64,000 nt of DNA from an uncultured bacterium (GTDB lineage Bacteria; Eisenbacteria; RBG-16-71-46; CAIMUX01), in NCBI GenBank assembly GCA_964631125.1, contig CAZVYN010000003.1, forward strand, positions 19,060 to 83,059. The letters are read 5' to 3'. Shown piece by piece: positions 10,375 through 23,632 of this stretch. The notes beneath the pieces were generated by a model, which had not been told where the DNA came from, ran no database searches, and worked only from the letters and a program-made list of their open reading frames with translations. The translations under genes and the position numbers were made by a program. Positions within the stretch are counted from its first letter, which is position 1. Each line of letters begins with the position of its first letter.

Positions 10375-11508
10375 TCAGGATTTTCTCGGGCGGGCGGCGA
10401 GGGGCCGAACGGGGTGGATCTGGACCTGACCGCCGGGGTCGAGGTCGATCTTCAGCGTCTGCGGGCCGCGGTGCGCCAGGAGGTAGCGCGCGAGGGGGTT
10501 GAAGAGGCCGTCTTCCAAGGTGCGATTGAGCAGCGCCGCGCCCTGCTTCTCGCAGACGTCGTCGGGGATCAGCTTCTGGAAGACCTCGTCGGCGATCTCG
10601 ATCGAGCGCCGACGGTGCTCGGTGCGTTGCAGCACCTGCGTGACCTTGTACCGGGCGATGCGCCGGACATCCATCGGGCGGAGCTGCTGCAACTCGACGA
10701 TCTCGTCGAAGGCGTCGAGCAGGTCGGGCAGAACGACGCGCTCCAACCGTTCGCGCAGCAGGTCGGCGTCCAGGCGCGACGCGCGCGAGAAACCGATGCC
10801 GGTCGTGGGCAGTTCGTCGCGTCGGATCGTGGCGGTGACGAAGACGATCGAGCGCGCGAAGGAGACCGGCCCGACCATGTCCTCGTAGACGCCGCGTTCC
10901 AGGATCTGCATGAGCACGCGGTGGATCGCCGGGTGCGCGCGGTCCAGATTCCGCAGCAGGATGACGCCGTCGGGGCGCTGGCGCACCGGGGTGGTGAGCG
11001 ATCCCTCGAAGAGCGTCGGCTCGGGCGTGTTGACGATGGTCGAGCCGAGGCGGCCGAGCCGCTCCTCGTCCTCGAACTCGTCCAAGTCGATCGTGGTGAG
11101 GGCAACTTCGGAACCGTAGAGCGCCTCGGCCAGCGCCGTCGCCAGCTCGCTCTTGCCGGCCCCGTGCGGACCCAGGATCAAGAAGCGACCCCGCGGCCGC
11201 TCCGGTCGCAGATCCAATTGGGTCAGCCGGACGCGGATGACGCGCGCGATCCGCTCCACTGCTTCGTCCTTGCCGACGATTCGCCCCTTCAGACGGTCTT
11301 CCAGATGGAGCAGTCGGTGCGAGAGGACCTTCGTCATCGGTTGACGGCGCGCAGCGCGCGCCTTCGGGGCGGCGGCGGATCGTTTCGGGGTCGGTTTCGG
11401 AGTTGCGGTCTTCGCGGTCGCCTTCTTGGCGACTGGGTTCTTCGTGGCGGGTTTCGTGCGTCCGGTGGCGCGGCTCGTCGTCTTCACCCGCTTGGTCGGC
11501 ACCCGCAC
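10375..11508 (-). CDS. stand-alone ClpA/B second-module-like AAA+ protein with Lys/Ala/Thr-rich N-tail and degenerate Walker B
   Basis: LKGRIVGKDEAVERIARVI, RPRGRFLILGPHGAGKSELA, GSLTTPVRQRP, VILLRNLDRAHP, LMQILERG. Confidence 0.75.
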   Translation of the reverse strand: MRVPTKRVKTTSRATGRTKPATKNPVAKKATAKTATPKPTPKRSAAAPKARAARRQPMTKVLSHRLLHLEDRLKGRIVGKDEAVERIARVIRVRLTQLDLRPERPRGRFLILGPHGAGKSELATALAEALYGSEVALTTIDLDEFEDEERLGRLGSTIVNTPEPTLFEGSLTTPVRQRPDGVILLRNLDRAHPAIHRVLMQILERGVYEDMVGPVSFARSIVFVTATIRRDELPTTGIGFSRASRLDADLLRERLERVVLPDLLDAFDEIVELQQLRPMDVRRIARYKVTQVLQRTEHRRRSIEIADEVFQKLIPDDVCEKQGAALLNRTLEDGLFNPLARYLLAHRGPQTLKIDLDPGGQVQIHPVRPLAARPRKS

Positions 11509-11695
11509 CTCCGTTTGCGTTCCCGCGCCCCCCCGTCAGATCGGGCGGCATAGTAGCATGTGAACTTCGGGCGGCAGCAGCAGCCCGAAGCCTTCGATCT
11601 CCTCTCCACAATCGGCCCTCAGGCACCCCATCTGGAGTTCTCGTCGCCGCCCGCCGCTTGTCCCCACCGCTTGCGCACGAGTAACTTCATCCCCT

Positions 11696-12994
11696 GTGAG
11701 CGCCTTCCCCCATCTACGGTCCCGCGCCTCGGCGCGCCTCCTCGGGGCCATCCTCGTCCTGCTCTCGCTGATCTCGAGTCCCTCGCTCGCCGATTTCGAC
11801 GTCACCGACACGCCGCCGCTCGCCCCCTCGGGACGACCGCGATTCGAGGCCGACGCCGCCACGCTGCTGGGCCCGGACGGGCCGGAGGTGGTGCTAGCGA
11901 TGCAGGTGCCGTACCGCGAACTCTTCTTCGAGCCGCACGAGCAGGGATTCCGCGCGCGCCTCGATCTCATCCTCGTCCTCTACGACGGCAAACGGCAGGT
12001 GGCGGGTGATCTCTGGCCGATCACGGTCGATGTCGCGAAGAAGGCCGAGACCAAGTCGAGCACGATGGTCTTCCGCAAGGCGCTGCGCCTGGCGTCGCCT
12101 CCCGGGCGACTTCGCGCGGAGGTGACGGTGGATGAGAGCCGCACGGGCCGACGCAGCAAGCTGGAGTGGGATCTCGAGGTGCCCGACTACGCCCGCGAGC
12201 CGCTCGCGCTCTCGACTCTCTGGGTCATTCCCTGCGCGGACGAGGACAGTTCGGCGACCGGCGCCGCGATGGCGTTTCCGCCGACCGACTGGGTGCTCGG
12301 ACATCGCTACGGCGAACTCCTCGGCCCGCTCTGCATCGTAGGAATGATCTATCAGACCGACGGCGGCGCTCCGGTCGATCTGACTTGGAAGATCTTCGAC
12401 GGCCGGCGGGCCGAGGTGCAACGCGGCGACATGACGCTGCCGGGGGGCGGGCGCGTCCAGTTCAGCATCCGCCCCGACTACACCTCTCTCTGGCTGGGAC
12501 GCCACTCGGTGGAAGTGGCGGCCAAGAGCGCGGGCCGCGAAGCCAAGCGCAGCTTCGATTTCCAGATGGACCACAGCGCGGTGAGCCTCACCGCCAATCA
12601 CGACGAGAGCATCGAGGCGATCCGCCTGATCGCGGGCGACGCGACGGTCGACTCGATCGCCGCGCTCGATGGATTGCCGCGCAAGGAAGCGTGGAATCGG
12701 TTCTGGGCCGACCGCGACCCCAGCCCGGGCACGCCCGACAACGAATTTCGCGACCAGTTCTTCGCGCGCCTGCAGTTCGCCAACGAGAACTTCAGCGTGT
12801 TGGAGCCGGGCTGGCGTTCGGATCGCGGCCGCACCTACATCCTCTATGGCGCCCCCGACACAGTGGAAGAGCAGCCGCACGAGATCGACGGACCGGGCTA
12901 CATCGTTTGGAGCTACGACCGGCTGAATCGGCGCTTCGTCTTCGTCGACTACGACGGATTCGGACGATACGAGTACTACCGGCCGGGGCGCTGA
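11696..12994 (+). CDS. GWxTD-domain secreted protein
   Basis: Signal peptide; FWADRDPSPGTPDNE...ANENF...GWRSDRGRTYILYGAPD...FVFVDYDGFGRY. Confidence 0.85.
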   Translation: MSAFPHLRSRASARLLGAILVLLSLISSPSLADFDVTDTPPLAPSGRPRFEADAATLLGPDGPEVVLAMQVPYRELFFEPHEQGFRARLDLILVLYDGKRQVAGDLWPITVDVAKKAETKSSTMVFRKALRLASPPGRLRAEVTVDESRTGRRSKLEWDLEVPDYAREPLALSTLWVIPCADEDSSATGAAMAFPPTDWVLGHRYGELLGPLCIVGMIYQTDGGAPVDLTWKIFDGRRAEVQRGDMTLPGGGRVQFSIRPDYTSLWLGRHSVEVAAKSAGREAKRSFDFQMDHSAVSLTANHDESIEAIRLIAGDATVDSIAALDGLPRKEAWNRFWADRDPSPGTPDNEFRDQFFARLQFANENFSVLEPGWRSDRGRTYILYGAPDTVEEQPHEIDGPGYIVWSYDRLNRRFVFVDYDGFGRYEYYRPGR

Positions 12995-12995
12995 C

Positions 12996-13931
12996 GTGAC
13001 CGAAGGGCGCGACGCCGAACGCGCTCTCTTCGTCGTGGTCACCGCGTTGGCCGACCTGAGAGCCGAGCCGGATCACCGCGCCGAATTGCTCTCGCAAATT
13101 CCGCACGGCCACGCGGTGACGGCGTTGCGTTCGGATGAGAGCGGCCGCTGGCGCCACGCCGTAGCGCCTGACGGCCTGGTGGGATGGGTGAGAGACTGGT
13201 CGCTCGCGCCCGCGCCGCCGAGTCTGCTGTCGCCCGCGGTGCGCGTCAGCCGACCGTCGCTCGCCCTGCACGCGCGTTCCCTCCCGATGGGATCGCGTTT
13301 GCGACTCAGCGCGGGCCCGCTCACCGGTCCCCGCTGGCCGGTCGTCTTGGCCGATGGCGCGCGCGCCGTCGTCTCGAGGCGCGACGTCGTGGTCGAACCG
13401 CCGCAGCGCAGTCACGCGCTCACGATCGGAGGACGCCTCGGCTCCCCCGAAGCGCCGTTCACCGCCGAAGAGTTCGCCGTCGCACTCTCGGAGGTCGCCG
13501 CCGCGCGCGTCCTCGCGTCGATCGAGTCGCTCCTCGGGGCGCCGTACCTTTGGGGCGGGTGCTCTCCCGGCGGACTCGACTGCTCCGGACTGCTTCGACT
13601 CGTCTTCTCGGTGCACGGAGTCGCCCTCCCGCGCGACGCCAAGGATCACGCCGCGCTGACCGAAGGCTGGCGGTTGCCGCCGGACGCTCGGCGGGTTCCC
13701 GGGGATCTGCTCTTCTTCGGGGAGGAGGGACGCGTCACGCATGTCGCGATCGCCGAGGGGCCGACCCGATTCCTGCACGCCTCGGGCGAGGTCCGGCGGT
13801 CGTCGTCGGTGAGACCCGACGAACGCGATCGAGCCATGTTGCAGATCCTGCTCTTCACGACTCGCCCGCCCTGGCGACCGCCCGCGCACGAGACGCGCAC
13901 GCGACCCCGCGCTCCAAGGAGGACCGACTGA
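12996..13931 (+). CDS. NlpC/P60 (C40) peptidase with SH3-like N-terminus
   Basis: LGAPYLWGG, GLDCSG, LPRDA, PGDLLFF, HVAI, FLHASG (Cys-His-His triad). Confidence 0.88.
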   Translation: MTEGRDAERALFVVVTALADLRAEPDHRAELLSQIPHGHAVTALRSDESGRWRHAVAPDGLVGWVRDWSLAPAPPSLLSPAVRVSRPSLALHARSLPMGSRLRLSAGPLTGPRWPVVLADGARAVVSRRDVVVEPPQRSHALTIGGRLGSPEAPFTAEEFAVALSEVAAARVLASIESLLGAPYLWGGCSPGGLDCSGLLRLVFSVHGVALPRDAKDHAALTEGWRLPPDARRVPGDLLFFGEEGRVTHVAIAEGPTRFLHASGEVRRSSSVRPDERDRAMLQILLFTTRPPWRPPAHETRTRPRAPRRTD

Positions 13932-14769
13932 TGCCGAAGACTGCCGTTCGTCGACCGGGACGCCTCGCCGTGATCGGCGTCGGCAAGATGGGGGAGGCGA
14001 TCCTGCGCGGGATCCTGCAGGCGCGCCTCTTGCCCGCCTCGCGACTCACCGGCGTGGTGCGGAGTGAGGCGAGAGCGCGTGAACTGACGCGCGAGCTGGG
14101 CGTGAAGATCGGAACCGACAACGTGGCGGCGGTGCGCGGCGCCGAGACGGTCTTCGTCTGTTTGAAGCCGCAGGCGGTGCTCGGCGTCTTGGCGGAGTTG
14201 ACGGCGGCCGGCGTGGTCCAGCGCTCACAGCTCTACGTCTCGATCGCGGCGGGCGTGACGGCCGCGGAGATCGAAGCGACGCTCGTCGAGCCTTGCCCCG
14301 TGGTGCGTGCGATGCCGAATACGCCTTGCGCGATCGGCAAGGGGACGACCGTGCTCTCCCCCGGGCTCCGCGCCACGCCTAGACACCTGGCCCGCGTGCG
14401 TGGCGTCTTCGATTGTCTCGGCCACACGCTCGAACTCGAGGAAAAACACCTCAACACGGTGACCGGCCTCTCCGGGAGCGGTCCGGCCTTCGGCTACATC
14501 ATGATCGAGGCGTTGGCCGATGGCGGCGTGATGATGGGCCTGCCGCGGCAGGTCGCAATCACGTTGGCGGCGCGGACGCTGCTCGGCGCGGCCGAGATGG
14601 TGCTCGCGACCGGACGGCATCCCGCTTCACTGAAGGACGACGTGACCACGCCCGCCGGCTGCACGATCGGAGGGATCTTGGCGCTGGAAGACGGCGGAAT
14701 TCGCTCCACCTTGGCGCGCGGGGTCGAGCGCGCGGCCACGCTGGCCGCCGGCCTCGGACACGCCAAGAG

Positions 14770-14773
<4 letters not shown>
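13931..14773 (+). CDS. proC: pyrroline-5-carboxylate reductase
   Basis: IGVGKMG, VSIAAGV, RAMPNTP, TGLSGSGPAF, LKDDVTTPAGCT. Confidence 0.95.
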
Positions 14774-18062
<3,289 letters not shown>

Positions 18063-18069
18063 TCGTTCG

Positions 18070-19044
18070 ATGCGCTCGGTCCGGCTCATAGCTCTTCGCC
18101 CTTCTCGCGCCGCGACCCATCGACTCCGCGCCTGGGCCAGTCCGGTCTCCGCGCTCGTGCTCACGCTCTTCCTCGGATTCGTCCTGCCGACCAACGCGAG
18201 AACTTCGCTCGCGTCGTTCCTGGAGCACTCTCTCTTCTTCCCGTATCGCGCCGCCATCGGATGGGGACCGCGCTCGCTCTTGGCCGAACGCGCACTCGTG
18301 GCGCACGAGGCCGTCCGCGCCGACGCCGCCACGCGCGAAGGCGCCGCGCGCGAGACGTCGGCCGAGAACGAGCATCTGCGCCGGCTCCTCGGGTTGGGGC
18401 GGCGGAGCGAGGCCCGGCTCGTGCCCGCCGTCGTAGTCGCGCGGGGACGGGGGCGGCTTGGCGATGTCCTGACCGCTCGCTACGAGGGCGCCGAGCGGCT
18501 CGAGCTCGGACTTCCGGTCGTCGTTCCCGAAGGGCTGCTGGGAAGAATCGCGGCGATCGACGGCCAACTGATCCGGGTGGAGGGGCTGGCCAACCCGAAC
18601 GTGGCGGTCAGCGTCCAGGACCAGCGGAGCCGCGAGGAAGGCATCGCCAAGTGGATTCCGGGCGGTCGGTGGCCGCTCTGGGTGCAGGGCGCGCCTTCGC
18701 AGGCCGATTGGCAGGGAGGGGATCGTGTCGTCACCTCCGGTCTCGGAGCGGTGTTTCCGAAGGGATTGCTCGTGGGCTACGTGATGGGAGCGCAGGCGGA
18801 AGAGATGGGGCGGCTGCGGCGCATCGGCCTGCGGCCGGCCGCGTCGTTCGCGCGCGCCGAGGTGGTCTTCTTCCTGCTCGGCGACGGCAAGCCGACCTAT
18901 CCACCGGTGACGCGAGGGCCGGGTGCGGATCCGGACGAGGCGGGATGGACCGCGCTCTACCCGATCGATCCGGAGCGCGAACTCTCCAGGCTCGAAATGG
19001 GAGAAGCCGAGCGCTTCCGCTCCGGTCCGGTCCCGTCGCCGTGA
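18070..19044 (+). CDS. mreC: rod shape-determining protein MreC
   Basis: ENEHLRRLL, GLLGRI, GDRVVTSGLGAVFPKGLLVG; position after mreB. Confidence 0.9.
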   Translation: MRSVRLIALRPSRAATHRLRAWASPVSALVLTLFLGFVLPTNARTSLASFLEHSLFFPYRAAIGWGPRSLLAERALVAHEAVRADAATREGAARETSAENEHLRRLLGLGRRSEARLVPAVVVARGRGRLGDVLTARYEGAERLELGLPVVVPEGLLGRIAAIDGQLIRVEGLANPNVAVSVQDQRSREEGIAKWIPGGRWPLWVQGAPSQADWQGGDRVVTSGLGAVFPKGLLVGYVMGAQAEEMGRLRRIGLRPAASFARAEVVFFLLGDGKPTYPPVTRGPGADPDEAGWTALYPIDPERELSRLEMGEAERFRSGPVPSP

Positions 19045-19051
19045 GGTCGCC

Positions 19052-19552
19052 ATGCTGACAGCCCTGCGGCTCCTGGCCGTCGTCTTCGTCCTCTTGGTCT
19101 GCCAGGCGACCTGGATTCCGCGGATCGCCATCGCCGGCATCGCGCCGGACCTGTTCGTCGCGCTCGTCTTCTGGATTGCCGTGCGCCGCGGGATGCATTG
19201 GGGGGTCTGGCTCGGCCTCGCGGTCGGACTGCTCCTCGACGTGGAGCAGCCGCAGCAACTCGGCATGCACGCGTTCGCGCTGGCGCTGGCCGGGCTGGTC
19301 ATCGGGCGGGGATCGACCCAACTGGACAAGGGCAATCCGTTCGTGGCGGGGGCGCTGCTCTTCGTCGGCGCGCTCGCGGCCGAGAGCGCGCGCGTCGTCT
19401 GGCTCTCGGTCTCGGGCGTGGGGGATCCTCCGCTCGCGTGGCTGCGGTACGCGCTGCCCGGCGCGCTCTACACTGCGCTGGCCATTCCTCCGCTCTCCCT
19501 GGCCCTCGCCCGTCTCTTCGGACGAAAGGATTGGATCCTCGGTGCCGCGTGA
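19052..19552 (+). CDS. mreD: rod shape-determining protein MreD
   Basis: Hydrophobic; PDL, GLLLD, GMHAFAL; between mreC and mrdA. Confidence 0.85.
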   Translation: MLTALRLLAVVFVLLVCQATWIPRIAIAGIAPDLFVALVFWIAVRRGMHWGVWLGLAVGLLLDVEQPQQLGMHAFALALAGLVIGRGSTQLDKGNPFVAGALLFVGALAAESARVVWLSVSGVGDPPLAWLRYALPGALYTALAIPPLSLALARLFGRKDWILGAA

Positions 19553-21455
19553 GTTCACGCCGGAAGTACGCGCCCGTCGCGCGCGCGACATCTCGTTCCT
19601 CGTGGGCGCGGTCTTGCTGGTGCTCGTCGGGCGGCTCGGCTTCCTCCAGATCGTGCGCGGCGGGCACTTCGACGAGCTGAGCGACGAGAACCGGATCCAT
19701 CGCGAGATCTTGCGGGCCGAACGAGGGCGGATCTTCGCGCGGGGCGGCGAAGTGCTGGCCGACAATTTTCCCACGTTTCGCGTCACCCTCGATCTGCGCG
19801 AACCCACGCTCGCGAGCGATGCGGAGGCGCGCGCGTCGGTCGCGCACTCCCTCGCGCCGATCCTGGGACGTGAGCCGGAGGAGTTGCTGGCCGACATCGA
19901 GAAGGCGCGGCGGCGCACCAGTCGACCGCTGCCGCTGGGGCGATCGCTCTCCTTCGAGCAAGTAGCTCAGCTCGAAGAGCGGATGGATCGCCTGCCGGGC
20001 GTGCAGGTCGAGACCGAATCGGCGCGCAGTTATCCGCAGGGCCGCCTGGCCTGTCATCTCCTCGGGTATCTCGGCGAGGTCTCCGAGGAGGATCTCGAGG
20101 CCGACCTGGAGGACCACTACCATCCGGGGGATCTGATCGGGCGCTCCGGCTTGGAGAAACAGTACGAGCAGTTCCTCCGCGGGACCGACGGCGTCGCGCA
20201 TGTCGAGACCGACGCGTATGGGCGTCGCACGCACTACTTCGAGGAGCTTCCCTCCGTCCCGCCGCATCCGGGCGAGGACATGTACCTCACGCTCGATCTG
20301 GCGGTGCAGCGGGCGGCGGAAGAGGCGCTCGATCGCGCGCAGGTCCACGGCCACGGCGCGAGCTTCGAGATCACGGCGGAAGGCGACACGCTCTGGCAAG
20401 GTCCCGCCGGCGCGGTCGTGGCGATGGATCCGCAGACCGGCGGCATCCTGGCGATGGTCAGTCGTCCCTCGTTCGATCCAAACGTGTTCCTGGGCGGCAT
20501 CTCGAAGGCGGAGTGGGCCGCGCTCTACACGGAAGGGCACCCGCTGCTGAATCGCGGCATCCAGTCGACCTATCCGCCCGGCTCCACCTACAAGGCGATT
20601 ACCGCGCTGATCGGATTGGAAGAAGGGGTGATCACGCCCGGGCGCACCTTCGACGGCTGCCGCGGCGGCTACTTCTACGGCAATCGCACCTTCGGATGTT
20701 GGCGCCGCGCCGGCCACGGCACGCTCACGCTGCTCGACGCCTTCGCTCGTTCGTGTGATGTCTATTTCTATCAGGTCGGCATCCAACTGGGGATCGATCG
20801 GATGGGGCGCGGGGCCGAGCGACTGCGGATCACCGAGAAGACCGGTTGTGATCTGCCGCAGGAGCGCGCGGGCCTCGTGCCGATGTCCGACTGGTACAAG
20901 CAGCGTTTCGGCGCGGTCTTCAAGGGCGCCGCGCTCAACGTCTCGATCGGGCAGGGCGAAGTATTGCTCTCACCCGTTCAACTCGCGCGCTACACCGCGG
21001 CCATCGCCAACGGGGGACGTCTGGTCACGCCGCATCTCTTCGGGCGCGCTCAGTCGCCCGACGGACGGGTGCGGCGCGACGGTTCGGAAGAGAGTTGGGA
21101 AGTCGGCCGATGGGCGGTCGCGAGCGAGAACCTCGCCCTCATCCAGCAGGCGATGGAGCGAGTGGTGATGGATCCGAGTGGAACCGGCGGCCGCTCGCGC
21201 GTCGGCGACATCCGAGTCGCCGGCAAGACCGGCACGGCGCAGAATCCGCATGGAGAAGACCATGCGCTCTTCATCTGTTACGCGCCGGCCGACGATCCTC
21301 GCATCGTCGTGGCGGTGATCGTGGAAGAGTCGGGGCACGGCGGTTCGATCGCCGCGCCGATCGCGCGTCAGGTTCTCGCGGCCTATCTCGATCCGATGCA
21401 CGCCGGCCCGGTCGCGGCCGATCACACGACGCTCCTGTCCTGGGAGGGCGACTGA
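19542..21455 (+). CDS. mrdA: penicillin-binding protein 2
   Basis: RLGFLQI, RGRI, GLEKQYE, YPPGSTYK, SCDVYFYQ, IGQG, AGKTGTAQ. Confidence 0.95.
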   Translation: MPREFTPEVRARRARDISFLVGAVLLVLVGRLGFLQIVRGGHFDELSDENRIHREILRAERGRIFARGGEVLADNFPTFRVTLDLREPTLASDAEARASVAHSLAPILGREPEELLADIEKARRRTSRPLPLGRSLSFEQVAQLEERMDRLPGVQVETESARSYPQGRLACHLLGYLGEVSEEDLEADLEDHYHPGDLIGRSGLEKQYEQFLRGTDGVAHVETDAYGRRTHYFEELPSVPPHPGEDMYLTLDLAVQRAAEEALDRAQVHGHGASFEITAEGDTLWQGPAGAVVAMDPQTGGILAMVSRPSFDPNVFLGGISKAEWAALYTEGHPLLNRGIQSTYPPGSTYKAITALIGLEEGVITPGRTFDGCRGGYFYGNRTFGCWRRAGHGTLTLLDAFARSCDVYFYQVGIQLGIDRMGRGAERLRITEKTGCDLPQERAGLVPMSDWYKQRFGAVFKGAALNVSIGQGEVLLSPVQLARYTAAIANGGRLVTPHLFGRAQSPDGRVRRDGSEESWEVGRWAVASENLALIQQAMERVVMDPSGTGGRSRVGDIRVAGKTGTAQNPHGEDHALFICYAPADDPRIVVAVIVEESGHGGSIAAPIARQVLAAYLDPMHAGPVAADHTTLLSWEGD

Positions 21456-22687
21456 TGGAAGCGATCCCTCGCGTCTATCGACAGCGCTGGGACTGGGTCT
21501 TGGTGGCGGCGGCGCTGTTGCTGCTGACGGTCGGCGTGCTGACCGTCTTCAGCGCGACGCACATCCCGGGAAATCCGCGTCACGGCTACTTCCTGCGGCA
21601 CTTCCTCTTCTTGGGCGTCGGCTTCAGCGTTTGCGCGCTCTGCCTCTTCAGTCCGCTGCGGCTCTGGGAGGACTGGTCGTACATCGGCTTCGGGATCTCG
21701 TTGTTCCTCCTGGTGCTGGTGCTGATCATGGGGATCGAGCACTACGGCGCGAAGCGCTGGCTCCAGCTCGGCCCGCTCAAGTTCCAGCCCTCGGAGATGG
21801 CGAAACTCTCCTTCGTCGCCGCCTACGCACGCTTCCTCTCCGGGAAACGGATCGATCTGACGCGTCCGGGCACGCTTTTCGTGGCGTTGGCGCTCGCCGT
21901 CGTCCCGTTTCTCTTGGTCTTGAAAGAACCCGACCTCGGCACCTCCGGCGCCTTCCTCGCGATGGCGCTGCCGATGCTGCTCTGGGCCGGGCTGCCGCGG
22001 TTGACCGCGTTCCTCCTCGTCTCGCCGGTGCTCGGGCTGGTGCTCGTCCACCACTGGTTGACCTGGGCGGTGTTCCTCTCGCTCGGGCTCGTCTGGATCC
22101 TGCGTTCACGTCTCTCCTATGTGGTGCTCGCCGGCTTTCTGATCTTCCATCTCGGACTCAAGCTGGGCGCGCCGCAGGTGATCGAGGGGCTCGAGCCGTA
22201 CCAACAGGCGCGCATCGCGTCGTTCCTGGATCCCGAGGCCGACCCCTCCGGCGCCGGTTACCAAGGACTGCAATCGCGCATCGCGCTCGGCTCGGGCGGG
22301 CTCTTCGGCAAGGGATACCTGGGCGGCAGTCAGAAGGCGCTCGCGTATCTGCCGATGCAACACAATGACTTCATCTTTGCCGTCATCGGGGAGGAGTGGG
22401 GGTTCGTCGGCGCGAGCTTCGTCGTCGCGCTCTTCGGCCTGCTGCTCTTGCGTGGTGTGCATGTGGCGCGGCTCTGTCGGACGCCGTTCGGCTCTTTGTT
22501 GGCGGTGGGGATCGTCGGGCTGATCTTCTATCACGCCGCGGTCAACATCGCGATGACGATGGGACTCTTCCCGGTGACCGGTCTGCCGCTGCCGTTCGTC
22601 AGTTATGGAGGCACCTTCCTCGTGACGATGCTGGCGGCGCTCGGTCTCCTGATGAACGTCGCCGTCCACCGCTTCGATTACTCATGA
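21455..22687 (+). CDS. rodA: rod shape-determining protein RodA
   Basis: GAKRW, FQPSEMAK, EPDLGT, IALGSGGLFGKG, DFIFAVIGEEWGF, VTGLPLPFVSYGG. Confidence 0.95.
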   Translation: MEAIPRVYRQRWDWVLVAAALLLLTVGVLTVFSATHIPGNPRHGYFLRHFLFLGVGFSVCALCLFSPLRLWEDWSYIGFGISLFLLVLVLIMGIEHYGAKRWLQLGPLKFQPSEMAKLSFVAAYARFLSGKRIDLTRPGTLFVALALAVVPFLLVLKEPDLGTSGAFLAMALPMLLWAGLPRLTAFLLVSPVLGLVLVHHWLTWAVFLSLGLVWILRSRLSYVVLAGFLIFHLGLKLGAPQVIEGLEPYQQARIASFLDPEADPSGAGYQGLQSRIALGSGGLFGKGYLGGSQKALAYLPMQHNDFIFAVIGEEWGFVGASFVVALFGLLLLRGVHVARLCRTPFGSLLAVGIVGLIFYHAAVNIAMTMGLFPVTGLPLPFVSYGGTFLVTMLAALGLLMNVAVHRFDYS

Positions 22688-23616
22688 CACGCGCCGCACC
22701 CCGCGGCGCGTTTCCGGGCCTGTCGCTTCCGAACGGCCGGACCCGACTCCTGGGCATCGTCGGCGACCCACTCGACCACTCACTCTCTCCGCAGTTGATG
22801 AGCGAAGTACTCCGCCAGTTGGGCCGGAACTTGCTCTATCTCCCTTTACCGGTGTCGGCCGACCGACTGCCGGAGCTGATCACGCTCGCGCCTTCGCTCG
22901 GGCTCCTCGGCTTCAACGTCACCACGCCGTTCAAGGGCGCAGTCGCGCGCCTCGTGCGTCCGCTCGACCGCGAGACGGCGCGCACCCAGATGGTCAACAC
23001 CGTCTCGTTCGGCGCGCGCGGCGCGGCCGGTTGCGGGACCGACGGCGCCGGCATCCTCGATTGTCTGGAGGGATGGGGAATGAGAGCGGAACCGTTCGGC
23101 CTGCTCGGATTCGGCGCCACCGCGCGCAGTCTCACCCACCGCGCCTGGCGCGACGGTCGGCCGCTCGTCGCGATTCGCTCGAGGTGTCCGCGCGAAGTCG
23201 CGCGGCAGTTCGACGCATGGGAGCAGGCGGCGCGAGTCGAAAGGCGTGAGTCTCTCCCGTCCGCTCGACGGCCCGAAACGATGGGATGGGGGCTTGGAGT
23301 CGCCGAGGCGCCGCGGCTGTGGATCTCGACGCTCCCGCCGCATGCCGCGCGCGCCCGCGCCACGCAACTCTGGTTGCGGAGTCTGCCGTCCAACGCGGTC
23401 ATCCTCGATCTGAACTACGGTGAGCAGCGCGCCCTCTTGGCCGCGGCGGCGCGGGGGCGCGGGCTGCGGGTCGCCGACGGCCGCGCGCCGCTCTTGGCGC
23501 AGGCCGCGCGGTCTCTCTCTCTCTGGTTGGGCGACGAGGTGGACATCGCGCTCTTCGAGCGAGCCCTCGGTCTGAGCCGCAGAACCCTGGCGCCTTCGCG
23601 CCGCCTCTCGTCCTGA
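22684..23616 (+). CDS. aroE: shikimate dehydrogenase-like protein (divergent)
   Basis: GDPLDHSLSP, GFNVTTPFK, VNT, TDGAG, DLNY, LLAQAARSLSLW. Confidence 0.75.
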   Translation: MTRAAPRGAFPGLSLPNGRTRLLGIVGDPLDHSLSPQLMSEVLRQLGRNLLYLPLPVSADRLPELITLAPSLGLLGFNVTTPFKGAVARLVRPLDRETARTQMVNTVSFGARGAAGCGTDGAGILDCLEGWGMRAEPFGLLGFGATARSLTHRAWRDGRPLVAIRSRCPREVARQFDAWEQAARVERRESLPSARRPETMGWGLGVAEAPRLWISTLPPHAARARATQLWLRSLPSNAVILDLNYGEQRALLAAAARGRGLRVADGRAPLLAQAARSLSLWLGDEVDIALFERALGLSRRTLAPSRRLSS

Positions 23617-23632
23617 CGCGGGAACTGCTGGA

